The notes under the pieces: model-generated | Seen by the model: the letters and a program-made list of their open reading frames with translations, nothing else | Told to the model about the DNA's origin: nothing | The model's database searches: none | Position numbers and translations under genes: made by a program | Assembly (NCBI RefSeq): GCF_019635465.1 | Contig: NZ_JAHBZK010000016.1 | Location: 14,500 to 78,499, forward strand | Length of the DNA stretch: 64,000 bases | Direction: 5' to 3' | Source of the DNA: Hydrogenophaga sp. | GTDB taxonomy: Bacteria; Pseudomonadota; Gammaproteobacteria; Burkholderiales; Burkholderiaceae_C | Shown here: positions 1 through 9,049 of the stretch, one piece after another | Numbering within the stretch: position 1 is the stretch's first letter | How the letters are laid out: every line of letters begins with the position of its first letter

Positions 1-1
1 G

Positions 2-160
2 GTGGCGCAGCAAATGGCGGCCGCTCGCAAGGCGATGGACAAGGCCTTCTACCGGATGATGGCCTGCACGATGATGGACGCCATGGCCGACATCGCTGTG
101 GAGAGTCCGGTGATGCGCGGCGTCGAGCGGTCCACGCGCATCCTCGAAAAGTACGCCTGA
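2..160 (+). CDS. CsoR/RcnR/FrmR-family metal-sensing repressor, C-terminal part (truncated by window edge)
   Basis: Own translation from nt 2: VAQQMAAARKAMDKAFYRMMACTMMDAMAD...LEKYA*. Resembles helix 2/3 of the CsoR-like family ('vaqQlaAarkAld...C'). Confidence 0.6.
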   Translation: MAQQMAAARKAMDKAFYRMMACTMMDAMADIAVESPVMRGVERSTRILEKYA

Positions 161-267
161 TCGTCGCGAAAGGGGATTGATGCGCTGCGCGCATCCATCA
201 GTGCGCCAATGCGCATCGACTGCAGGGTGGTGGCCACCTACCATCGGCGAGCTCAACGGAGTTCACC

Positions 268-966
268 ATGTCCCTGCAACTGATCATCGGCAACAAGAAC
301 TATTCGTCCTGGTCCATGCGCCCCTGGGTGCTCATGCGCCAGGCCGGCATTCAATTTGAAGAAGTCCAGATCCGCTTCGATTCCTTCGACGCGGATTCCG
401 AGTTCAAGCGGCGCGTCACCGCCATCAACCCCGTGGGCAAGGTGCCCGCCCTGATCGACAACGGCCTGGCCATCTGGGACTCATTGGCCATTGCCGAATA
501 CCTGGCCGAGCGCTTCCCCGACAAGCACCTGTGGCCGGCCGACCCCCGCCAGCGTGCGCGCGCCCGCAGCATCTGCGCCGAAATGCACAGCGGGTTCAGC
601 GCGCTGCGCAATCACTGCCCCATGAACATCGAAGCGTCGCTGCCCGAGGTGGGCCAGCTGTTATGGCGCGACCAGGCAGGCCTTCGTGCCGACATGGCGC
701 GCCTGATCGCCATGTGGACCGAACTGCTGGCGGATCAACCCGCCGATGGTCTGTTGTTCGGCGACTTCACCATTGCCGACGCCTTCTTTGCCCCCGTTTG
801 CTCCCGCATTCGTACCTACGCCCTGCCCGTGCCACCGCGCCTGGACGCATACGTCGATCGCGTGCTGGCGCTGCCCGGCGTCCAGGCCTGGACCCAGGAC
901 GCGCTGGCCGAGCACGACTTCATCGCCTTCGACGAACCCTACCGGCTCGGGCCCGACCCGGCCTGA
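268..966 (+). CDS. Glutathione S-transferase family protein
   Basis: N-terminal GNKNYSSWSMRPW, GKVPAL, WDSLAIAEYL, FTIADAFF motifs. Confidence 0.93.
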   Translation: MSLQLIIGNKNYSSWSMRPWVLMRQAGIQFEEVQIRFDSFDADSEFKRRVTAINPVGKVPALIDNGLAIWDSLAIAEYLAERFPDKHLWPADPRQRARARSICAEMHSGFSALRNHCPMNIEASLPEVGQLLWRDQAGLRADMARLIAMWTELLADQPADGLLFGDFTIADAFFAPVCSRIRTYALPVPPRLDAYVDRVLALPGVQAWTQDALAEHDFIAFDEPYRLGPDPA

Positions 967-996
967 AGCACGCGGCAGTGCCTACACTGCCGCTCC

Positions 997-2163
997 ATGC
1001 AGATCTATCTGGTGGGTGGTGCGGTGCGGGACGCGCTGCTGTCGCGCTTATTCGGCTGGCCGGCGCCGGCGCGGGCCGACCGCGACTGGGTGGTGGTCGG
1101 CGCATCGCCCGAAGCCATGGCCAAGGCCGGCTTCGAACCGGTGGGGCGCGACTTTCCAGTGTTTCTGCACCCGGGCACGCGCGAGGAATATGCCCTGGCC
1201 CGCACCGAGCGCAAGACCGCGCCGGGCTATCGCGGCTTCGCTTTTCACACCGCGCCCGATGTCACGCTGGAGCAGGACCTGGCCCGGCGCGACCTCACCA
1301 TCAACGCCATGGCGGTGGCCGCCGCTGAGGCCGATCACCCCGCCGACGCCGCACTGATCGACCCCTGGGGCGGCCTCGAAGATCTCCGCCAGCGCGTGCT
1401 GCGCCATGTCACGCCAGCCTTCGCCGAAGACCCGGTGCGCATCCTGCGCGTGGCCCGCTTCGCCGCACGCTGGCCCGACTTTCAGATCGCGCCGGACACG
1501 CTCGACCTGATGCGCGACATGGTGGCGCACGGCGAAGCCGATCACCTGGTGCCCGAGCGCGTCTGGCAGGAAGTCGCCCGCGGTCTGTGCGAAGCCCGAC
1601 CGAGCCAGCTCGTGCGGGTGCTGGCCGACTGCGGCCTGCTCGCGCGGCTGGACTTGCGCACGCTTGAGCAACATGCCTTTACCCCGGCGCTGGCGGCCAC
1701 GCCTCTGTTCGCGCGCGCCGGCTTGACCGAGCGTTGGTGCTGGCTGGTTGCGGGCGAGAGCGACCCCGGGCGCCTGCGCACTTTGTGCGAGCGCTGGCGG
1801 GTGCCCACCGCCGAGCGCGACCTGGCACTGCTGGTCCAACGAGAACGCCACGCGCTGCGCACGGCCGATGTCGGTGACGTCGACGGCCTGATGGCGCTGT
1901 TCGAGCGTTGCGACGCCTGGCGCAAGCCGCAGCGCCTGCGCCAGGCGCTCGACGTGATCGATGGCGAGGCCTTGCAGACCGGCCCCGAACAGACCACCCG
2001 TGTGCATGCATCGACACAAGGCCTGCGCCAGGCCCTGGACCGACTGCAGTCCCTGGATACCGCGGCCATCACGCGCGCGGCCCTGGCCGAGGGCGCACAA
2101 GGCCCGGCGGTGGGCGAGCACTTGCGTCAGGCACGGCGCGCGCACCTGCTGAGCCGCGACTGA
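997..2163 (+). CDS. cca: tRNA nucleotidyltransferase (CCA-adding enzyme)
   Basis: YLVGGAVRD, DRDWVVVG, EYALARTERK, DLARRDLTINAMA, EDPVRILRVARFAAR, ERVWQE motifs. Confidence 0.93.
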   Translation: MQIYLVGGAVRDALLSRLFGWPAPARADRDWVVVGASPEAMAKAGFEPVGRDFPVFLHPGTREEYALARTERKTAPGYRGFAFHTAPDVTLEQDLARRDLTINAMAVAAAEADHPADAALIDPWGGLEDLRQRVLRHVTPAFAEDPVRILRVARFAARWPDFQIAPDTLDLMRDMVAHGEADHLVPERVWQEVARGLCEARPSQLVRVLADCGLLARLDLRTLEQHAFTPALAATPLFARAGLTERWCWLVAGESDPGRLRTLCERWRVPTAERDLALLVQRERHALRTADVGDVDGLMALFERCDAWRKPQRLRQALDVIDGEALQTGPEQTTRVHASTQGLRQALDRLQSLDTAAITRAALAEGAQGPAVGEHLRQARRAHLLSRD

Positions 2164-2276
2164 GCCCGCGGTCAGGCAAGCTCCTGTCAAGCCGGCGCCG
2201 TTTGTCGTAGCGCAGCACTGCGATAAGGCCGCGGTGCTTGGCCGTCTTGGCCGGAGCAGGTTAGGGTAGCGGGCTG

Positions 2277-3008
2277 ATGACCAATCTGCCCCCCCTCAGG
2301 GCCGGGCATTCCGCACTCTTTCTGGATTTCGACGGCACGCTGGCCGACCTGGCCAGCCGCCCTGACGCGGTGCGGGTGCCGCCGGATCTGCCCGACCTGC
2401 TCGACGCCTGGCACCAACGCCTGGGCGGGGCGCTGGCCATCGTGACGGGCCGCGCCCGCGACGACCTCACCCAATGGCTTCCGACCCACCGATGGCCTGG
2501 CGCCTTTGAGCACGGGGCCGTGCGTGTGGGTGCCGATGGCATCGAACGCACGCAAGCCGGCATCGACCTCTCGCCCGTCGCGGCCGCGGCACAGGCCTTC
2601 GCTGCCCGCCACGCAGGCCTGCTGGTCGAGATCAAGAAGACCTCGCTGGCGCTGCACTACCGGCTCAACCCCGCGCTGGGCACGGCGTGCGTGGACATGC
2701 TGGCGCGTGCCATTGACGAGCAACCCGGCCTGCGGCTGATGCACGGCAAGGCGGTGGTCGAGGTCAAGGCTGCCGACGCGGGCAAGGGCAAGGCCATCGA
2801 GGCCTTCATGAACGAATCGCCGTTTCTCGGCCGTCAGCCCTGGTTTGCGGGCGACGACGTCACCGACGAAGACGGCTTCGACGTGGTGGCTTCGCTCGGC
2901 GGGGCCAGCATCAAGGTGGGCGACGGACCGACACGCGCCCACCACCGCTGTACCGGACCCACGGCATTGCGGACCTGGTTGCGCCGCGCACTGGAGAGCG
3001 ACACATGA
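2277..3008 (+). CDS. otsB: Trehalose-6-phosphate phosphatase
   Basis: HAD motif FLDFDGTL, GKAVVEVK, GDDVTDEDGF; clustered with otsA. Confidence 0.93.
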   Translation: MTNLPPLRAGHSALFLDFDGTLADLASRPDAVRVPPDLPDLLDAWHQRLGGALAIVTGRARDDLTQWLPTHRWPGAFEHGAVRVGADGIERTQAGIDLSPVAAAAQAFAARHAGLLVEIKKTSLALHYRLNPALGTACVDMLARAIDEQPGLRLMHGKAVVEVKAADAGKGKAIEAFMNESPFLGRQPWFAGDDVTDEDGFDVVASLGGASIKVGDGPTRAHHRCTGPTALRTWLRRALESDT

Positions 3009-4828
3009 CGCCATCGAACGGCTTTGCGCCACCCGCCACACCCTCGCTGCACATGGGCGTGGTGGGCAACTGCGCCATCAGCGCACTCATCGACCAGCGC
3101 GCGCGCGTGGTCTGGTGCTGCCTGCCGCGCTACGACGCCGACCCGGTGTTCTGCGCCTTGCTGGGCGGCGACGGTGCCAGCGACGGCAGCTGGGCCATCG
3201 AGATCGAGGACTTCGCTTCGTCCACCCAACGCTACGAACCCAACACCGCGGTGCTCATCACCGAGCTGTGGGACAGCCATGGTCAGGGCCTGCAGGTGAC
3301 CGACTTCGCCCCCCGCTTCCCCAGCCGGGGCCGCTTCTTCCGACCCATGCAACTGGTGCGGCGCGTGAAACCCATCAAGGGCACGCCGCGCATCCGCGTG
3401 TGCCTTTCACCGCGCTTCGAGTGGGGTGCGCAGACACCACGCATCACCTCGGGCAGCAACCACGTGCGCTACGTCGGCGACCACCTCACGCTGCGCCTGC
3501 ACACCGACGCCCCCATCAGCCACGTATTGGCGGCCGAGCCCTTCCTGCTCACGCGCGAGCACAACTTCATCCTCGGCCCCGACGAAACCCTGCAAAGCGG
3601 CATCGGCGACACGGCACGCCAGTTCGAGCAGGACACCCTGGCCTACTGGCGCACCTGGACGCAGCGCCTGGCCGTGCCCCTGGAGTGGCAGGACGCGGTC
3701 ATCCGCGCCGCCATCACGCTCAAGCTCTCGCTTTTCGAAGACACCGGCGCCATCGTCGCCGCCATGACCACCAGCATCCCCGAAGCGCCCAACAGCGAGC
3801 GCAACTGGGACTACCGCTACTGCTGGCTGCGCGACGCCTTCTTTGTGGTGCGCGCACTCAACAGCCTGGCCGAGGTCGGCACCATGGAGGACTACCTGCG
3901 CTGGCTGGCCAACGTGGTGGTGGGCAGCGCGCGCGACGGCACCGGGCATGTGCAACCGCTGCTGGGCATCGGCCTTGAGCGTGAATTGCCCGAACGCATC
4001 GTGACCAGCTTGCCGGGCTACCGTGGCATGGGCCCGGTGCGGGTCGGCAACCAGGCGCATGAGCACTTCCAGCACGACGTCTACGGCAACATCGTGCTGG
4101 CCGCGGCCCAGGCCTTTCACGATCAGCGTCTGATTCACCGCCCTGGCGTCGACGAGTTCGAGCGGCTCGAAGCGATCGGCGAACACGCCGTGCGCGTGTT
4201 CGACCAGCCCGACGCCGGCATGTGGGAGCTGCGCACCCGCGCGCGCATCCACACCTCGTCAGCGCTCATGAGCTGGGCCGCCTGCGATCGCCTGGCCAAG
4301 ATCGCCCACCGCCTGGGCCTGGACGAGCGCGCCAATGTGTGGCGCTCGCGTGCCGACGGCATGCGCGAGCGCATCCTGCGCGAATCGTGGTGCGAAGAGC
4401 GCCAGTCCTTCGCCGAGAGCTTCGGTGGCCGCGACCTGGACGCCAGCGTGCTGCTGATGGCCGAGGTCGGCATGATCGAGCCAATGGACCCGCGCTTCGT
4501 GTCCACGGTGCACGCGCTGGAAACCCACCTCTGCGACGGCCCCTTCATGCGCCGCTACGAGGCCCCCGACGACTTCGGCAAGCCCGAGGTCGCTTTCAAC
4601 ATCTGCACTTTCTGGCGCATCGACGCCCTCGCCCGCACCGGGCGACTGACCGAGGCGCGCGCCATCTTCGAAGCCATGCTTGCTGCTCGCAACCCCCTCG
4701 GCCTGTTCTCCGAGGACACCCACGCCACCACCGGCGAGATGTGGGGCAACTTCCCGCAAACCTATTCGATGGTCGGCCTGATCAACGCCGCGGTGCGACT
4801 GTCGGCCTCGTGGGACGAAGTCGTATGA
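3005..4828 (+). CDS. Glycoside hydrolase family 15 (probable trehalase)
   Basis: RNWDYRYCWLRDA, GMWELR, WGNFPQTYS motifs; lies between otsB and otsA with ATGA overlaps. Confidence 0.9.
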   Translation: MTPSNGFAPPATPSLHMGVVGNCAISALIDQRARVVWCCLPRYDADPVFCALLGGDGASDGSWAIEIEDFASSTQRYEPNTAVLITELWDSHGQGLQVTDFAPRFPSRGRFFRPMQLVRRVKPIKGTPRIRVCLSPRFEWGAQTPRITSGSNHVRYVGDHLTLRLHTDAPISHVLAAEPFLLTREHNFILGPDETLQSGIGDTARQFEQDTLAYWRTWTQRLAVPLEWQDAVIRAAITLKLSLFEDTGAIVAAMTTSIPEAPNSERNWDYRYCWLRDAFFVVRALNSLAEVGTMEDYLRWLANVVVGSARDGTGHVQPLLGIGLERELPERIVTSLPGYRGMGPVRVGNQAHEHFQHDVYGNIVLAAAQAFHDQRLIHRPGVDEFERLEAIGEHAVRVFDQPDAGMWELRTRARIHTSSALMSWAACDRLAKIAHRLGLDERANVWRSRADGMRERILRESWCEERQSFAESFGGRDLDASVLLMAEVGMIEPMDPRFVSTVHALETHLCDGPFMRRYEAPDDFGKPEVAFNICTFWRIDALARTGRLTEARAIFEAMLAARNPLGLFSEDTHATTGEMWGNFPQTYSMVGLINAAVRLSASWDEVV

Positions 4829-6213
4829 GCCGGCTGGTCGTCGTCTCCAACCGCATCGCCGACCCGCGCAAGACCGCCGCCGGCGGCCTGGCCGTGGCCC
4901 TGGGTCAGGCGCTCGAAGCCAGCGGCGGCCTGTGGTTCGGCTGGAGCGGACAGATCGCCGAGAACGGCACGCCCGGCGAAGGCGACATGAACCGCCAGCA
5001 GGCCGGCAAAGTGCAGCTCGTGACCGTGGACCTCAGCCGCGAAGACCACGACAGCTACTACCTCAACTACAGCAACGGGGTGTTGTGGCCGGTGTTCCAC
5101 TATCGGCTCGACCTGGCCGATTTCGACAGCGGCGGCGTGGCCGGCTACCGGCGCGTGAACCAGATGTTCGCGCACAAGCTCAAGAGCCTGCTCAAGCCCG
5201 ACGACATCATCTGGGTGCACGACTACCACCTGATCCCGCTGGCGGCCGAGCTGCGCGCGGCGGGGTGTCAGCAGCGCATCGGCTTCTTCCTGCACATCCC
5301 GTTGCCACCACCCCTGATCCTGGCCGCCCTGCCCGAGCACGACTGGCTGATGCGCTCCCTCTTCGCGTACGACCTCGTGGGCTTTCAGAGCGAGACCGAC
5401 GTGGCGCACTTCGCGCGCTATGCCGCCACCGAGATGCAGGCCAAGCCGGTGGGCGAGCACGGCTGGCAGGCCTTTGGCAGCACCGTCCAGGCCCGCGCCT
5501 TCCCCATCGGCATCGACGTCGACGAGTTCCAGTCCATGCTCAAGGGCAAGGAAGCCGTCGACATGCAGGCCCAGCTCAAGCGCGAATACGTGCGCCGGCG
5601 CCTGCTGGTGGGCGTGGAGCGGCTCGACTACTCCAAAGGTCTGCCGCAGCGGCTCAAGGCGTTTCGTCAACTGCTGCGCAACTACCCCGAGAACCACGGC
5701 AGCGCCACGCTGATCCAGATCGCCTCGCCCAGCCGCGAGTCGGTCGATGCCTACGCTGCCTTGCGCGCCGAACTGGACAGCCTGTCGGGCGCCATCAACA
5801 GTGAGCACGGCGAGATGGACTGGATGCCGGTGCGCTACATCCACCGCAACGTGGCGCGCAAGCGCCTGCCCGGGTTGTTTCGCGCGGCCTCCGTGGCCCT
5901 GGTCACGCCGCTGCGCGACGGCATGAACCTGGTCGCCAAGGAATACGTGGCCTCACAGAACCCGGACGATCCGGGCGTGCTGGTGCTGTCGCGCTTTGCC
6001 GGCGCCGCCGAGCAAATGCCCGAAGCCCTGCTGGTCAACCCCTTCGACACCGCTCGCACCGCCGAGACCATTCAGCGCGCCCTGCAGATGCCCTTGCCCG
6101 AGCGCCAGCAACGCCACCAGGCCCTGCTGGCGCGTATTCGCACGCACGACGTGCATTGGTGGCGCGAGGCCTTCCTCGCCGCCCTCAAGCAGACACCGGA
6201 GGACACTGCATGA
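4825..6213 (+). CDS. otsA: Trehalose-6-phosphate synthase
   Basis: Start [10 protein letters not shown] at ATG 4825, overlapping the previous stop; [39 protein letters not shown]. Confidence 0.96.
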   Translation: MSRLVVVSNRIADPRKTAAGGLAVALGQALEASGGLWFGWSGQIAENGTPGEGDMNRQQAGKVQLVTVDLSREDHDSYYLNYSNGVLWPVFHYRLDLADFDSGGVAGYRRVNQMFAHKLKSLLKPDDIIWVHDYHLIPLAAELRAAGCQQRIGFFLHIPLPPPLILAALPEHDWLMRSLFAYDLVGFQSETDVAHFARYAATEMQAKPVGEHGWQAFGSTVQARAFPIGIDVDEFQSMLKGKEAVDMQAQLKREYVRRRLLVGVERLDYSKGLPQRLKAFRQLLRNYPENHGSATLIQIASPSRESVDAYAALRAELDSLSGAINSEHGEMDWMPVRYIHRNVARKRLPGLFRAASVALVTPLRDGMNLVAKEYVASQNPDDPGVLVLSRFAGAAEQMPEALLVNPFDTARTAETIQRALQMPLPERQQRHQALLARIRTHDVHWWREAFLAALKQTPEDTA

Positions 6214-7115
6214 ATGAAAACCTGTTGAACATGATCACCACCTGGTGGGCCGAGCTGGGCTCGGCCGCCACCACGGCCATGCGCATCGCGGTCATCCTGG
6301 TGGCGGCCTGGGTGCTGATCGGCGTGCTGCAGCGCGCCATCCGCAGCATGCGCGTGCGCATTGCCAACCGCCTCGATGACCGCGAGGCATCCAAGCGCGC
6401 CGAGACGCTGGGCCGGGTCTTTCGCTATCTGGTGGCGGTGGTGGTGAGCCTGATCGCGGGCATGCTGGTGCTGGGTGAGCTGGGTGTGTCGGTCGCGCCC
6501 ATCCTGGGCGCTGCCGGTGTGGTCGGTCTGGCGGTCGGCTTCGGCGCACAAAGCCTGGTCAAGGACTACTTCACCGGCTTCTTCATCCTGCTGGAAAACC
6601 AGATCCGCCAGGGCGACGTGGTGCAACTCAGCGAGCACACCGGTCTGGTGGAGGAAGTGACGCTGCGCTACGTGCAATTGCGCGACTACGACGGCAACGT
6701 GCACTACGTGCCCAATGGCTACATCACCACCGTGGTCAACATGTCGCGCGGCTTCAGCCAGGCGGTGATGGACATCGGCGTTGCCTACCGCGAAGACGTC
6801 GAAGCGGTCATGGACGTGATGCACCGGGTGGGCCGCGAACTGCGCAACGACGAGACCTTCGCGCCCCGCATCCTCGACGAGCTGGAAATGGCCGGCGTCA
6901 ACGAATGGGGCGATTCGGCGGTGGTCATCCGTTGCCGCTTCCGCACCCAGCCGCTGGAGCAATGGGGCGTGCGGCGCGAATACCTCAAGCGCCTGAAGGC
7001 CGCGTTCGACGCCGAGGGCATCGAGATTCCGTTCCCGCACATGACCGTCTACGCCGGGCAGGACCGCACCGGCAAGGCGCCCGCCTTCCCGTTCGAGCAA
7101 GTCGTGCAGCACTAG
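6210..7115 (+). CDS. Small-conductance mechanosensitive channel (MscS family)
   Basis: GAAGVVGLAVGFGAQSLVKD, GIEIPFPH; ATG 6210 overlaps the otsA stop. Confidence 0.92.
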   Translation: MNENLLNMITTWWAELGSAATTAMRIAVILVAAWVLIGVLQRAIRSMRVRIANRLDDREASKRAETLGRVFRYLVAVVVSLIAGMLVLGELGVSVAPILGAAGVVGLAVGFGAQSLVKDYFTGFFILLENQIRQGDVVQLSEHTGLVEEVTLRYVQLRDYDGNVHYVPNGYITTVVNMSRGFSQAVMDIGVAYREDVEAVMDVMHRVGRELRNDETFAPRILDELEMAGVNEWGDSAVVIRCRFRTQPLEQWGVRREYLKRLKAAFDAEGIEIPFPHMTVYAGQDRTGKAPAFPFEQVVQH

Positions 7116-7216
7116 GACCTGGTATTGCCCGAGCGGGGCATTCGACTTTGTGGTGATCGGCACCGCCTGCATGGCCGGCGATGCCACCATCCGCCCTCCC
7201 ACCGACGGAGGTCGCC

Positions 7217-7636
7217 ATGCCCGCGTCCAACCCGCTGAACCGCCCGCTCGCCGACGGCATCGCGCGACTGGGATTTCGCAAGTGGTACGAGCGCGAGCTG
7301 CTTTCCAGCCACGCGCACATGCTGCTGGCGGTCCTGGCCGTCATCGCCATGCTCGCCAGCGCCGAGGCCATGCGTGGCGCGCCGCTGCACGAGCGGCTGC
7401 TCGACGTGCTCATGGCCATCGCTTCGGGCGGTATCGGGTACTGGGCGCTGCGCCGCTACATGTATCTGCTGATGCACGCCGAAGAAATGGCCAACCAGGC
7501 CAGTTGCGCGGCCTGCCAGAGCTACGGGCAGCTCAGACTCGCCGACGCATTCAATGTGAAGGGCGCCGATGCCCCGCGCTATGTGCCAGTGTGCTGCAAA
7601 CGCTACGGCCACGCCTGGGACATGCGAGACGACTGA
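7217..7636 (+). CDS. Hypothetical membrane protein with C-terminal Cys cluster
   Basis: GGAGG RBS before ATG 7217; two hydrophobic helices, then CAAC...CCKRYGHAW (zinc-ribbon-like). Confidence 0.7.
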   Translation: MPASNPLNRPLADGIARLGFRKWYERELLSSHAHMLLAVLAVIAMLASAEAMRGAPLHERLLDVLMAIASGGIGYWALRRYMYLLMHAEEMANQASCAACQSYGQLRLADAFNVKGADAPRYVPVCCKRYGHAWDMRDD

Positions 7637-7654
7637 CGCCAGCCCGCTCAGGCT

Positions 7655-7906
7655 TCAGCCAAAGACCGAATCGCTCTCGGCGTGCGCGGCGCCCACGAAC
7701 ACCCGCAACACCGGGCCGTTGCCATCCATTTCCCACAGCCGCCCCTGGATGGTGAACTGGCGCCCGCCCACGCGGAACACGTCGCCCGAGACGGGCGCCA
7801 CGTTGTGGCCACGCCAGTAGTCGGGCACCGTCACGTTCATGCGCTTGAGCCAGGACTGATCCTCGTGGGTGAAGACCAGCGCGACGCGCAGGGAGCTGCT
7901 GAACAT
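7655..7906 (-). CDS. Small hypothetical protein
   Basis: 83-aa ORF with normal composition directly downstream of glk on the same strand. Confidence 0.65.
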   Translation of the reverse strand: MFSSSLRVALVFTHEDQSWLKRMNVTVPDYWRGHNVAPVSGDVFRVGGRQFTIQGRLWEMDGNGPVLRVFVGAAHAESDSVFG

Positions 7907-7966
7907 GGGGCCTCCGGCAAAGGACTGGGGGTTACAAGAGGCTCGCAGCGTAGCGCAAGGCCGTCA

Positions 7967-8944
7967 TCAATCCAAGCTGTCGAGCAGGCTGGCAACGCCT
8001 TGCAAAGCGGGCGACTCGGGCGCGGTGATGACCCACACGGGAATTGGCCGCAGGTAGTCGCCAAAACGACCCTTGGCCTCAAAGCGCTCGCGAAACGGCG
8101 AGCCGTCAAACCAGTTGCCCAGGCGCGGCACGATGCCACCACCGATGTACACACCGCCGCGCGCGCCCAGCGTGAGCGCGAGGTTGCCGGCGACCGCGCC
8201 CAGCACCCCGCAGAACAGGGCCAGTGCCTCCAGGGCCTGCGGGTGCGCATGGGACAGGGCCGCGTCGCTGACGGCGGCCGCGGTGGTGATGTCGTGCGTC
8301 ACCCGATCGGCCTCGCACAACAACCCGAAGGTGCCAAGCAGGCCGGACCCGCTGCACACCCGCTCGGCCGACGCATGCCCGTGGCGGCGCACCAGGCCAT
8401 CGAACACCAGGCGCTCGCGCGGCGTGATGGCGGGCCAGGTCACGTGGCCACCCTCACCCGCCAGCGGCAGCCAGCCGCCACGCCCATCGGGCAGCAGGCC
8501 CGACACGCCCAGGCCGGTACCGGCACCAATCAAACCGATGGCCGCCCCTTCGACCGGCGTGCTGCCCCCGACCTGCCGGCGGTGCGCCTCGGGCAGCGTC
8601 GGCAAAGCCAGGGCCAGTGCGGTGAAGTCGTTCACCACACAGAGCTGGCGCAGGCCAAGGGCCTCGCGCAGCTCACGTTGCGAAAAGGACCAGTCGTGGT
8701 TGGTCATGTGGACCGCATCGTCCACCACGGGGTTGGCGATCGCGATCGCGGCCATCGCCACCCGCTGCGGCGCCAGGCTGTCGACGTAGTGGCGCAGCGC
8801 GTCGAGCAGGCTCGGAAACCGGGTCACCGGCCAGACCACCACCGACGCCAGCGGACCGCCCGCTGCACACTGATAGGCAAACCGCGCATGGGTGCCGCCG
8901 ATGTCGGCCAGCAAACGGCCGCCATGGGAATGCGTCGTCGTCAT
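7967..8944 (-). CDS. glk: Glucokinase
   Basis: LLADIGGTHARF, VVNDFTA, GAGTGLG, GEGGH, AERVCSGSGL, GGVYIGGGI; ATG at 8944. Confidence 0.95.
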   Translation of the reverse strand: MTTTHSHGGRLLADIGGTHARFAYQCAAGGPLASVVVWPVTRFPSLLDALRHYVDSLAPQRVAMAAIAIANPVVDDAVHMTNHDWSFSQRELREALGLRQLCVVNDFTALALALPTLPEAHRRQVGGSTPVEGAAIGLIGAGTGLGVSGLLPDGRGGWLPLAGEGGHVTWPAITPRERLVFDGLVRRHGHASAERVCSGSGLLGTFGLLCEADRVTHDITTAAAVSDAALSHAHPQALEALALFCGVLGAVAGNLALTLGARGGVYIGGGIVPRLGNWFDGSPFRERFEAKGRFGDYLRPIPVWVITAPESPALQGVASLLDSLD

Positions 8945-8995
8945 GGCGCCGCATGATAAGCGGGTACTGCGGCCCGTCGGGCGCGGCAATCCGAA

Positions 8996-9023
8996 GGAAC
9001 CGGGATGGGGCAAGTGCCACCCA
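8996..9023 (+). promoter_or_regulatory. hrp-box-type ECF sigma promoter (GGAACC-N15-CCACNNA)
   Basis: GGAACC (8996-9001), 15 nt, CCACCCA (9017-9023): exact match to the HrpL consensus, 26 nt upstream of ATG 9050. Confidence 0.65.
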
Positions 9024-9049
9024 TGACGGCCCCAGCCCTCCGGTTTCAC

